From an uncultured Balneolaceae bacterium (lineage in GTDB: Bacteria; Bacteroidota; Rhodothermia; Balneolales; Balneolaceae), in contig CAXBBW010000018.1 of assembly GCA_963974345.1 (NCBI GenBank), forward strand, positions 2,369 to 66,368: DNA of 64,000 nt, in the 5' to 3' direction. Shown in pieces: positions 46,129 to 55,749 of the stretch. The stretch's first letter is position 1, and the number at the start of each line of letters is the position of its first letter. The translations under genes were made by a program, and so were the position numbers. The notes under the pieces are model-generated. The model worked only from the letters and a program-made list of their open reading frames with translations. It was not told the origin of the DNA and ran no database searches.

Positions 46129-47712
46129 TTACTTTATCAAAAGCATTTTATTGGTTTTGGTAAATGTTCCTGCTTTAATCGAATAGAAATACACACCACT
46201 TGGTAAATTATCAGCACTAAATTCCACAGTATAACTTCCTGATTGTTTTCGCTCATTTACTAAATTAGCTACTGGTTGACCTATTATGTTAAAGATATTC
46301 AATTGAACATCTGATGCTTTAGGAATAGAGTAACTTATTAATGTACTTGGATTAAATGGATTCGGATAATTTTGATTCAGTTTAAAGTCTGAAGGTAGAT
46401 TCGAACTGATTTCTGTATTGGTTGTTAACACTTGTACAGATTCAGACACTAAAACCCCAATTTTATTTAGGTCAGCATCAACCAACACCATTCGAACAGA
46501 GTCTACATCTTCGGAAATACTGAATGGTTCGTTATATTCGAACATATTTAATGGAGTCACTTTTACAGTATCAGTACTTTCTATTATAGTCCCAGTATTA
46601 TCTAAGTATTCAAGTCTGGCAAAGGCATTATGAAACACGCCAAAAGAACCTGAAAGCCTTTCAAGATCAGGAGAATATCCGAAGTGCGTTACAGCTCCCA
46701 CTGCATTCACAGACAAAATGGGATCACTATTAATTTTAGCTGCCCACCAGTTTTCTGTAAACGTATATGTCCCTCCGTTTGGCGGAAGTGAAATAATGGG
46801 ACTTAAGACTTCTACTTCCAGATAAAGCGGATCAGCATTTATCCAGACCTCTACTCTAGCTCCTTCATCCGGATAGTTACCCGATTCATCAATATCAAAA
46901 GTTTTAGCGTAGATATATCCCTCTTGCTCATCTACATACGCAATCCATCCAAGGTGAGAGTCGGCAAAAATCTTTTTCGATTCTGGTAGAAATTGAACCC
47001 CAAAAATTCCATCCGCTACTTCCCCTAACCAAGCGCTTGATGCTGCACTTACACGAACTCCATCAGAACCATATCTACTTTCTGGATTGATAGGGAAATA
47101 CACCTTAAAATTCTCGAAATCAGTCTTACCGGGATGATTGGTAATATGTTGAGTGACATCCCAAATACTCCACTCTTGTACATCGTCAGCTACATTTATG
47201 ATGGTTTGATCTACTTTTACTCGACTACTATTTTTATAAATCGTAGTATTTCTTTTAAACTGAAGATTCGGGGTTCTCCATTGTTCTACAGGACTTATTA
47301 CTTCCAAACTTACCGAATCATGAGTTATATACGTAGCTTCGTGTTCATAACTTCCAAAATCCAATATTGGAGGTGGAGGCCAATTCCATTCGCTTTGCGG
47401 AGCTGGCCAGTTTTTGAATCCACCAAAGTTAGGCCAACTTGAACCAGAACTTGGTGTAGGAGTATTTCCAATTTCGTCTGGATTTACAAACATAGAGGAG
47501 TGATTGCCTAAGTCAAACTGCATAATCTTTGCACCAATTTCAGGAACTGTGGAAACTGTTATTAATCCATTTTTCATTACCCAAGAATCCCACCCCCATT
47601 CATTATGATTCTCGATTAATTCTAAAGTGGTTCCTTCTTGTCCCAGACTTTTAAACGGATTAATTACAGAATTAATAACAATTATAAAGAGTACAAAAAA
47701 GGTAAATCGCAT
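46129..47712 (-). CDS. T9SS-secreted protein of unknown function
   Basis: ATG at 47712 gives signal peptide MRFTFFVLFIIVINSVINPF. C-terminal LNQNYPNPFNPSTLISYSI...GVYFYSI...KMLLIK. Confidence 0.6.
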   Translation of the reverse strand: MRFTFFVLFIIVINSVINPFKSLGQEGTTLELIENHNEWGWDSWVMKNGLITVSTVPEIGAKIMQFDLGNHSSMFVNPDEIGNTPTPSSGSSWPNFGGFKNWPAPQSEWNWPPPPILDFGSYEHEATYITHDSVSLEVISPVEQWRTPNLQFKRNTTIYKNSSRVKVDQTIINVADDVQEWSIWDVTQHITNHPGKTDFENFKVYFPINPESRYGSDGVRVSAASSAWLGEVADGIFGVQFLPESKKIFADSHLGWIAYVDEQEGYIYAKTFDIDESGNYPDEGARVEVWINADPLYLEVEVLSPIISLPPNGGTYTFTENWWAAKINSDPILSVNAVGAVTHFGYSPDLERLSGSFGVFHNAFARLEYLDNTGTIIESTDTVKVTPLNMFEYNEPFSISEDVDSVRMVLVDADLNKIGVLVSESVQVLTTNTEISSNLPSDFKLNQNYPNPFNPSTLISYSIPKASDVQLNIFNIIGQPVANLVNERKQSGSYTVEFSADNLPSGVYFYSIKAGTFTKTNKMLLIK

Positions 47713-47837
47713 TTTTAAGATCAATAATAGAGTTAATGAATTATCAGAAAGTTAATAAAATAAGGTTCTATAAACTTTATAACCTTCTCTCTTCTTATTA
47801 CGTACCTTTGCCTCACTGTTAACATAAATTTTTTGCT

Positions 47838-48002
47838 ATGAGCATACTTAGACTAATCATTGCCATTTTTATTCCACCACTAGCCGTTTTTTTAACCGTT
47901 GGAATTCGTGGAGCTTTCTGGATAAACCTTTTACTTACATTTCTTGGATATCTTCCTGGTATAATTCATGCTGTTTGGGTAATCGCAAAACACGATAAAT
48001 GA
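47838..48002 (+). CDS. Pmp3/YqaE (UPF0057) family small membrane proteolipid, 54 aa (below the ORF-track cutoff)
   Basis: MSILRLIIAIFIPPLAVFLTVGIRGAFWINLLLTFLGYLPGIIHAVWVIAKHDK has the family-typical PPLAV...G...LLT.LG.iPG.iHA block. ATGA overlap with the next gene. Confidence 0.75.
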   Translation: MSILRLIIAIFIPPLAVFLTVGIRGAFWINLLLTFLGYLPGIIHAVWVIAKHDK

Positions 48003-48880
48003 AGTTTAACACTTTAGGAAAATCACAAATTCAAGTATCTGAGATTAGCTTTGGGTGTATGTCGCTGGAGAACAACCATTCTTTAAATGAATCCCTTCTT
48101 CGTAAAGCTTTTGATTCTGGATTTAATTTCTTTGACACTGCTGATTTATACGATAAGGGTTGGAATGAAGAATCAGTAGGTAAAGCGTTAAAACCAATTC
48201 GAGATCAAGTGATTATTGCCACCAAGGTTGGAAATCAATGGCGAGAAGATGGCTCTGGATGGGATTGGAACCCAAGTAAGGAATATATTCTAAAAGCTGT
48301 AGATGAAAGTCTTCGTCGACTCCAAACCGATTATATCGACTTATACCAACTTCACGGTGGTACTATTGATGATCCGATAGATGACGCCATTGAAGCTTTT
48401 GAACTCCTTAAACAACAAGGGAAAATTCGGGAATATGGAATCTCCTCCATCCGACCCAATGTAATTCGGGAATGGATTGAAAGATCAAATATAGTTTCTG
48501 TAATGATGCAATACAGTTTATTAGATCGCCGACCTGAAGAAAAATGCTTAGATATACTTCATGAAAATGATATTTCTGTACTAACACGTGGAAGCCTTGC
48601 AAAAGGAATGCTAATTGATAAACCCATTACAGATTATCTAGGATATTCTGAATATGAAGTCGAGTTAATTCAGCAAAAGATTCAACGTTTAGAAAACCAA
48701 ATTTCTTCCTCTTTACAGTTTGTACTACAACATAACGTCGTAGCAAGTGTGGTGGTTGGGATTCGAACCGAAGAGCAATTGAGTTCAATTGTTGAATCAA
48801 TTAGTTGTGATATTTCTACTGAAGCTTTGAAAAAACTTGGAGAAGTACTGGAACTAAACGTGTATGAAGCTCACCGTTAA
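47999..48880 (+). CDS. Aldo/keto reductase
   Basis: FFDTADLYDKGWNEESVG, LRRLQTDYIDLYQLH, REYGIS. Confidence 0.85.
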   Translation: MKFNTLGKSQIQVSEISFGCMSLENNHSLNESLLRKAFDSGFNFFDTADLYDKGWNEESVGKALKPIRDQVIIATKVGNQWREDGSGWDWNPSKEYILKAVDESLRRLQTDYIDLYQLHGGTIDDPIDDAIEAFELLKQQGKIREYGISSIRPNVIREWIERSNIVSVMMQYSLLDRRPEEKCLDILHENDISVLTRGSLAKGMLIDKPITDYLGYSEYEVELIQQKIQRLENQISSSLQFVLQHNVVASVVVGIRTEEQLSSIVESISCDISTEALKKLGEVLELNVYEAHR

Positions 48881-48924
48881 TTGTAAAAAGGTTTTCCAAC
48901 AATATCCTTCGTCCCTAATTCTCG

Positions 48925-48983
48925 GGGTCAGAAGGAGTAGATGTAGATTTTTTCCAATTCATTCAGAGCGAAAGCGATGAAAC
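48925..48983 (+). repeat. Solo left-end copy of the GIY-YIG element (no ORF)
   Basis: GGGGTCAGAAGGAGTAGATGTAGA...TTCATTCAGAGCGAAAGCGATGAAAC parallels 55704-55776 (GGGTCATCCATGTAGATGTCAG...GTCATTCTGAGCGAATGCGAAGAAC). Confidence 0.5.
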
Positions 48984-49133
48984 TAATTGGATATTAATTT
49001 CTCAAGATCAGTAGGACCAAAGTAATAGTTCTCCACGATTTTTATTAACTACGGTGCTAGCTTTGCATTATCTTTAAAGTTCGTAATGTAGTATCATTAA
49101 TCGAGTTAATTTAAACGGACAGCAACCAACTAC

Positions 49134-50291
49134 GTGGCGTATACCTATATAAATACTTCAGGACAATTATCAGAATGTATTAATCATCTTTCTACGAAAT
49201 CAGAAATCGCAATAGATCTTGAATTCGATAAAAACAGATTTAGATATGGATTTAATCTTTGTTTAATGCAGATTTATTCTGGGGATGAATGTTTTTTGAT
49301 TGATCCATTAAGCGAAGAAATTGACATCAAACTTATATTTCCAGTCCTGGAAAATTCATCCATTCAAAAAATTGCATTCTCATTCGGTGAAGACATTCGC
49401 CTTCTTCATCATATCGGATGTAAACCTAAAGGATTGTATGATTTAAGTATTGCCTCTGCCCTACTCAACTACCCACCAACTTCACTTACAAACTTGTTGT
49501 TAGATATACTTGGTACTGATGTGGGGAAATCATCACAACAAAGTAACTGGTTTGATAGACCACTAAGCGATGATCAACTAAGTTATGCTGCTAATGATGT
49601 ACTTCACCTCTTTAAATTGAAAGAAGTACTTGCTAAAGAAGCTTCCGATAAAGGCGTTGAAGATTGGATCAATCAAGAAAATGACTTGTTTGAGTCAGCA
49701 AATTATGAGAACGAAGATCATAATGCCTTCATCAAGGAAAAAGACAAAGGTGATTTAACACACTTCGAGTGGTATTTGTTTACAAAATTGATGGAGTTCC
49801 GTGAAGAAAAGGCAAGGGAAATGAATAAACCTTCTTACCAAGTTATTGATAAGAAATATTTAGAAGGTGTTGCTCAACGTCCTAAGCAAATTAACGATTG
49901 GCAAAAACTAAGATCCACGCATAAAAGACTCAAAAACGGAAATACTCACAATGAAGTGATGGAGCTTTTGGAGAATGCAATTGCAGAAGCTGAGAAGCAG
50001 AAACTTTCTAAAACAAAAAAAGCATCTAATTCCTTTACTACTGAAGAATATCAAGAATTTAAACAAGCTCAACGATTGGTTGAAAAGGCGAAGAAAAATT
50101 GCTTCAAACCAATCCAAAAAGCAATGGAATCAGATTTAGGTAAAAATACCCAAACATATATACTAAATAATCGCTTAATGAAAGAATTGGTGAGTGGCGA
50201 TACTTCCAATTATCTCCCCTACAAAAAAAATCTAATTGAAGATTACGCCAAAAAGCTTGATCTACAACTACACAATTACATTAAGGCATAA
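49134..50291 (+). CDS. rnd: Ribonuclease D (3'-5' exonuclease plus HRDC domain)
   Basis: DEDD blocks IAIDLEFD, FGEDIRLL, YAANDVLHL. HRDC-like REEKAREMNKPSYQVIDKKYL. GTG start. Confidence 0.8.
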   Translation: MAYTYINTSGQLSECINHLSTKSEIAIDLEFDKNRFRYGFNLCLMQIYSGDECFLIDPLSEEIDIKLIFPVLENSSIQKIAFSFGEDIRLLHHIGCKPKGLYDLSIASALLNYPPTSLTNLLLDILGTDVGKSSQQSNWFDRPLSDDQLSYAANDVLHLFKLKEVLAKEASDKGVEDWINQENDLFESANYENEDHNAFIKEKDKGDLTHFEWYLFTKLMEFREEKAREMNKPSYQVIDKKYLEGVAQRPKQINDWQKLRSTHKRLKNGNTHNEVMELLENAIAEAEKQKLSKTKKASNSFTTEEYQEFKQAQRLVEKAKKNCFKPIQKAMESDLGKNTQTYILNNRLMKELVSGDTSNYLPYKKNLIEDYAKKLDLQLHNYIKA

Positions 50292-50302
50292 TCGATCAGA
50301 AT

Positions 50303-51289
50303 ATGAAAGTTTTATTTATCGGCGGAACAGGAAATATTAGTGCCGAAGTAAGCAAGTTAGCAATAGAGCAAGGAATTGACCTTTATCTGTTAAATCGAGG
50401 AAACTCGGGCGTTACTATTTCTGGGGCAAAATCCATCACTGCAGATATTTACAATATTGAAGAGACAAAAAAGGCACTAAAAGACCATATTTGGGATGTA
50501 GTAGTTAACTGGATTGCATTTATTCCAGAACATGTTCAAAATGATATCGATTTATTTAGAGGGAAAACGAAACAGTATATTTTTATTAGTTCTGCTTCTA
50601 TTTATCAAAAGCCTCCGACTTCTCATATTATTACCGAATCTACACCAATCGCGAATCCTTATTGGGGATATTCGAGAGATAAAATAGCGTGTGAAGAATT
50701 GCTTCAAAAAGTCTATCAAGAAGAAGCTTTCCCAATGACAATTGTTCGTCCCTCTCATACGTATAATACAACAATCCCGCTATCCATAGGTGGTTGGACC
50801 GAATACACTGCCATCGATAGAATGAAAAAAGGAAAGAAAGTTATTATTCATGGAGATGGAACTTCACTTTGGACTCTTACCCATGCGAAAGACTTTGCAA
50901 AAGGATTTAATGGCTTACTTGGTCATGATCAAACCGTTGGTCATGCAATTCATATTACTTCAGATGAAGTTTTAAATTGGAATCAGATTTATCAAATTGT
51001 AGCAGATACGGCTGGTGTAGAACTTAATGCTGTACATATTTCATCAGATTTCATTACAAAAATGGCACCCGGTGAAAAGGATGGTTTATTAGGCGATAAA
51101 GCTCATTGTGCTATTTTTGATAACACTAAGATCAAATCTTTTGTACCCGATTTTAAAGCTTTGATTCCATTTAGAGTGGGATTTAAAGATACATTAGATT
51201 GGTTTGAAGCCGATAAGAAGCGAATGGTTGTTAATACTGAAACCAATGCTATGATGGATCGGATTATCGAGGCCCATGAAAGACCTTAA
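50303..51289 (+). CDS. NAD-dependent epimerase/dehydratase (extended SDR)
   Basis: Rossmann motif VLFIGGTGNIS; YxxxK as YSRDK. Confidence 0.75.
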   Translation: MKVLFIGGTGNISAEVSKLAIEQGIDLYLLNRGNSGVTISGAKSITADIYNIEETKKALKDHIWDVVVNWIAFIPEHVQNDIDLFRGKTKQYIFISSASIYQKPPTSHIITESTPIANPYWGYSRDKIACEELLQKVYQEEAFPMTIVRPSHTYNTTIPLSIGGWTEYTAIDRMKKGKKVIIHGDGTSLWTLTHAKDFAKGFNGLLGHDQTVGHAIHITSDEVLNWNQIYQIVADTAGVELNAVHISSDFITKMAPGEKDGLLGDKAHCAIFDNTKIKSFVPDFKALIPFRVGFKDTLDWFEADKKRMVVNTETNAMMDRIIEAHERP

Positions 51290-51298
51290 CTTTCTGGT

Positions 51299-53500
51299 TT
51301 ATAGAGTCTTAACTTTACCATTTGTAAACACTTCATAGAGCTTTTCTTTCTCAATAGGCTTGAGTAAAAAACCATCAAAAAACTGAGTAAATTCATCTTC
51401 CTGCTCGGCAGTAACATCTGCAGTTAATGCAAAAATCGGGGTTTCTTGGTTTTTATTATTCCCACTTTTAATAGCTTTAGTGGCTTCAAAACCGTCCATT
51501 ACTGGCATATGAATATCCATTAGGATAAAATCATATTCTTTATCTCTTGCCATTTCCAATACTTCAGCACCATTCACCGCATGGTCGTAATTAATTCCCC
51601 ACTTACCGAGTAGTTTACCTAGAACAATTGCATTAATACGATTGTCTTCAGCAAGTAAAATAGTTAAATCAACAAATTGCTCGGAATGATCTACTGAAAT
51701 TTCTTTTGGCTTTTTTGAAGGTTCAAGCTTTAAATCGAAATAAAATTCTGATCCGCTCCCAAAAGTACTTCTAACATGAATTTCACTATCGTAAAGAGCA
51801 ATAATCTTTTTAACAATTGCTAACCCTAAGCCAGAACCACCTTCTTGTCTTGTTCTTATGCTTTTAGATTGACTAAAGCTATCGAATAGGTGCTTCTGAA
51901 ATTCTTTCGAAATTCCATGACCAGTGTCTTTCACACAAAAATGAATCACATCTTTATTTTCCACCTTCGAAACCTTTTTTACTAACACAGTTACTATTCC
52001 CTTATCAGTAAATTTTATAGCGTTGGTTATCAAATTTCCAAGTATTTGTGAAAGCTTAGTATCATCCAATTTATAAGCTATACTAAGATTTTTATCTACT
52101 TTCAAATCAAGTAAAAGTCCTTTTTCAGTAGCTAAGCCTTCGTAAGTATTGCAGATATTTTGAAGGTGTTTTTTTAAATTATAAGATCTGAAATCTAGAG
52201 TAACTTTTCCTGAATCGAGTTTAGTAAAATCAAGAATATCATTAATGATATAAAGAAGATTCTTGGCAGAAAAATTTAGAGAATCAAGAAGTTGTTGCTC
52301 TTCCACATCTCTACCCTCGCCTAACATAGAGGAAATAGTAATCACAGCATTTAATGGGGTTCTAATTTCATGACTCATAGTTGATAAAAACTCTTGCTTA
52401 ACTCTAGCCGAATTTTCAGCGAGGTTTTTCTTTTCAACAATTGCTGCTTTTTCAAGGCGCATTTGAGCCTCTTTCTTATCTGATTCCATTTTAGAAATCA
52501 TCTCATAATTCTCAATTACCTTAAGAGTTTGAGTATTTATATTCGCTTCTTTCTCTTCTAGATAAACCTCTAGATACTTCAATGCTGTATCAGAATCGCC
52601 TTCTTTTTTAAAGAGTTCGTATAATAAATAATTACACTTAAGCTTGATTAAAGCAATATTATATTCTAATGCAAAACTCGCAGCTTTACTTAAATATTCT
52701 TTCGCTTTTTTATTTTTTTTCCATTGAATGTATAAATTACCAAGTTTATGAAAAGCCATTCCCTGACCAAGTTTTTCTCCTGCATTAACATGGATATCAA
52801 TAGCATCGAAAAAATCTTTTTCTGCTTTTTCAAACTCACCGGTTCGAGTATAAATCTTACCTCTACCATAAAGAGCAAAAGCTAATCCACGGATATCACC
52901 CGTTTGCTTTTTCATTGTTATTGAATACTCAATCAACTTCTTTGCACGCTCTATATTCCCTTGATTGAGATAAATACCAGATAAAGGATTTAAGGCATTT
53001 GATTCTAAATTCGAATCGTTTGCCTTTCTAGAGGCTTCAATGCATTCTAAGTAGGTGGAAATACTTCTCTTTTCATCTCCAAAGTACTCGTATATAGTAC
53101 CTAAGGCTTTTAGAGTTCTGGCTTCTTGATGATAATTATTAAAAGTTCGATAAATTGTAAGGCAATCAATCAAATAAACAAGACCTGCGTGGAGATGATC
53201 TGTTTTATAGTAAATACTGGCAATGTTATACTTTGCATCAGCAATACCCAATTCATTACCTAATTCTTCGAAATAGGTAATTGCCTTTTGTGATAGTTTC
53301 ATTGATTCATCATATTCTGCCTGAATCATGTAAAAAAGAGCTAGCATATTCAGACTCTTACCTATCAATTCCTTCTCATTAAGCTCTTTGCTCTGTTTCA
53401 AAGCCTTTCTTACTAAACGAATACTCGTCTTAAGGTTACTCCCCCTTTGGTCGTAAGCTTCTTTTAGTATCTCAAGAATTTCGTTCCTAATGTCAGTCAC
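51299..53500 (-). CDS. Hybrid sensor histidine kinase/response regulator with N-terminal TPR repeats
   Basis: Multiple TPR-like repeats; coiled coil; H-box MSHEIRTPLNAV; NAIKFT; DTGHGI; GSGLGL. Receiver domain LLAEDNRINA...DIHMPVMDG...ALTA. Confidence 0.88.
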   Translation of the reverse strand: MTDIRNEILEILKEAYDQRGSNLKTSIRLVRKALKQSKELNEKELIGKSLNMLALFYMIQAEYDESMKLSQKAITYFEELGNELGIADAKYNIASIYYKTDHLHAGLVYLIDCLTIYRTFNNYHQEARTLKALGTIYEYFGDEKRSISTYLECIEASRKANDSNLESNALNPLSGIYLNQGNIERAKKLIEYSITMKKQTGDIRGLAFALYGRGKIYTRTGEFEKAEKDFFDAIDIHVNAGEKLGQGMAFHKLGNLYIQWKKNKKAKEYLSKAASFALEYNIALIKLKCNYLLYELFKKEGDSDTALKYLEVYLEEKEANINTQTLKVIENYEMISKMESDKKEAQMRLEKAAIVEKKNLAENSARVKQEFLSTMSHEIRTPLNAVITISSMLGEGRDVEEQQLLDSLNFSAKNLLYIINDILDFTKLDSGKVTLDFRSYNLKKHLQNICNTYEGLATEKGLLLDLKVDKNLSIAYKLDDTKLSQILGNLITNAIKFTDKGIVTVLVKKVSKVENKDVIHFCVKDTGHGISKEFQKHLFDSFSQSKSIRTRQEGGSGLGLAIVKKIIALYDSEIHVRSTFGSGSEFYFDLKLEPSKKPKEISVDHSEQFVDLTILLAEDNRINAIVLGKLLGKWGINYDHAVNGAEVLEMARDKEYDFILMDIHMPVMDGFEATKAIKSGNNKNQETPIFALTADVTAEQEDEFTQFFDGFLLKPIEKEKLYEVFTNGKVKTL

Positions 53501-53686
53501 AGTATCATTTATTTAAACCCAATCTATACCTTTAACGGCAATATAGCTTACTTAAACAAAAAACAGAATTTTTAAAATGAGTATAAATCAAACATATAAA
53601 CTCTTATAAAAAACACATTGTATAAAGTCTAGTATTTGATTTAGATTATTTCTTCATCTTGTAATTCAAAACTAAACTACTCTTCT

Positions 53687-55258
53687 GTGAAAAATTCCTT
53701 GGTCGCCTCCCTTTCATTACTACTATTCCTTTATTCTTGTACTCCTCCTTCTTCTAAGTATGAACAACTAGGGTTAGAAGAAATTACCATTAACGAGCTT
53801 CAAGAAAACTATTCAAACGGTACCTATACCATTTCTGATGTTGTTGAAGCTTATTTACAACGCATTGAAGATATTGATAATAATGGACCTGCGATAAACT
53901 CTATCATAGAGGTTAACCCTGATGCAATGGAAATTGCTAAAAAGCTGGATGAAGAACTTGCAGCTGGAAATTCTAGAGGTCCAATGCATGGAATTCCTGT
54001 TATTCTTAAAGACAATATTGATACTCACGACAAAATGAGTACTACCGCAGGTGCTAATGCTTTGATTGGCTCTAAACCACTTCAGGATGCATTTATCGTT
54101 GAAAAACTAAGAGAAAGTGGCGCCATCATTTTAGCAAAAGCTAACTTAAGTGAATGGGCTAATTTTCATTCCGATTTCTCTTCCAGTGGATGGAGTGCTC
54201 ATGGTGGGCAAACTAAAAATCCTTACGACATCACTAGAAACCCTTGTGGTTCAAGTGCTGGTTCTGGGGCATCTGCTTCAGCAAATCTAACCGTTATTTC
54301 AATAGGCACAGAAACAAATGGCTCTATCACTTGTCCTTCTAGCGCTAATGGGTTAGTTGGTATTAAACCTACCGTTGGGCTTTTAAGTCGATCTGGAATT
54401 ATCCCAATTTCGTTTACACAAGATACGCCTGGTCCAATGACTAGAACTGTTACTGATGCCGCTATAGCGCTTGGAGCAATGGTTGGAATTGATATTAAAG
54501 ATTCAAAAACAGTAGCTAGTGAAGGTAATTTTCATATAGATTATACTCAGTTTTTAAAAGAAGGAGCTCTCGAAGGAAAACGAATAGGCGTTTTTAATGG
54601 TCCACGTGGTAATCATTTCCGAGTTGATACTTTATTCAATGATAATCTTAGACTATTAGAAGCACAAGGCGCAACATTGGTTGAAATCGATCAAATTGGT
54701 GGACAAGGTGCTGGAGGAGATTCATTTCAAGTTCTTTTATATGAATTTAAAGATGGGTTAAATGCCTACTTCGCCTCACTTGGACCTGAAGCAAAAGTTA
54801 AAAATATGGACGAGCTTATCGAAAAGACATTTAACGACCCAGTTGAAATGAAATATTTCGATCATAGTCTTTTGGTTACAGCAAATGAAAAGGGTGATTT
54901 GGAATCTGAAGAATATAAAACAGCGTTAGCCAACCTTATTCGCAAAACCAGAGACGAAGGAATTGATCTTGTTATGGAAGAAAACAATCTGGATGCTTTC
55001 GTATCAATAACTGGAGGACCCGCTTGGAAAACAGATCATACTAATGGTGACAATTTTGGACTTTCATCAAGTTCTCCTGCAGCAAGATCAGGATACCCAA
55101 ATATTACGCTACCAATGGGTTATATTGATGGTTTACCAGTAGGAATTAACTTTTTCGGTAAAGCTTGGAGTGAGCCTGTGTTAATTGAAATAGCATACTC
55201 TTTCGAACAATTAACCAAAGCTCGTAAAGCTCCCGAATTCAAGAACTATGAGTTTTAG
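53687..55258 (+). CDS. Amidase-signature family amidase, lipoprotein
   Basis: Lipobox LYSC; GIPVILKDNI; amidase signature GGQTKNPYD...CGSSAGSGAS. GTG start. Confidence 0.85.
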   Translation: MKNSLVASLSLLLFLYSCTPPSSKYEQLGLEEITINELQENYSNGTYTISDVVEAYLQRIEDIDNNGPAINSIIEVNPDAMEIAKKLDEELAAGNSRGPMHGIPVILKDNIDTHDKMSTTAGANALIGSKPLQDAFIVEKLRESGAIILAKANLSEWANFHSDFSSSGWSAHGGQTKNPYDITRNPCGSSAGSGASASANLTVISIGTETNGSITCPSSANGLVGIKPTVGLLSRSGIIPISFTQDTPGPMTRTVTDAAIALGAMVGIDIKDSKTVASEGNFHIDYTQFLKEGALEGKRIGVFNGPRGNHFRVDTLFNDNLRLLEAQGATLVEIDQIGGQGAGGDSFQVLLYEFKDGLNAYFASLGPEAKVKNMDELIEKTFNDPVEMKYFDHSLLVTANEKGDLESEEYKTALANLIRKTRDEGIDLVMEENNLDAFVSITGGPAWKTDHTNGDNFGLSSSSPAARSGYPNITLPMGYIDGLPVGINFFGKAWSEPVLIEIAYSFEQLTKARKAPEFKNYEF

Positions 55259-55290
55259 TTAGATATAATAAAATCAAAGGATAGTCTATT

Positions 55291-55662
55291 ATGGATCGCA
55301 CACTCAAACTTGAAGAATTAGCCACTTTTGGCTTTTCAATATTCCTATTCAATCAAACTGAATACGCTTGGTGGATGTATGTAGCTTTGATTTTAGTACC
55401 TGATATTGGAATGATCGGATATATTATAAATACTAAGATTGGAGCACTCACCTACAACCTGTTCCACCACAAAGGAATTGCCCTATGTATCTTAATTCTA
55501 GGTTATTACTATTCGATGGAATGGCTAGTTCTTACAGGAATCATTCTTTTCGGCCATTCAGCATTAGACAGAATGTTAGGTTATGGATTAAAATACGAGG
55601 ATAGTTTTAAGCATACACATTTAGGATGGCTGAATGGAGAGGAACCTCAAAACCCTTCATAA
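55291..55662 (+). CDS. DUF4260-like small membrane protein
   Basis: Four hydrophobic segments; LVPDIGMIGYIIN...YNLFHHKG block as I recall for DUF4260. Confidence 0.55.
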   Translation: MDRTLKLEELATFGFSIFLFNQTEYAWWMYVALILVPDIGMIGYIINTKIGALTYNLFHHKGIALCILILGYYYSMEWLVLTGIILFGHSALDRMLGYGLKYEDSFKHTHLGWLNGEEPQNPS

Positions 55663-55749
55663 ACTTATCATCCTTTTAGAAATCAAGTAATTCGTTTTCA
55701 GTCAGGGTCATCCATGTAGATGTCAGGAATTCGTTGACAGTTTTCTTTT

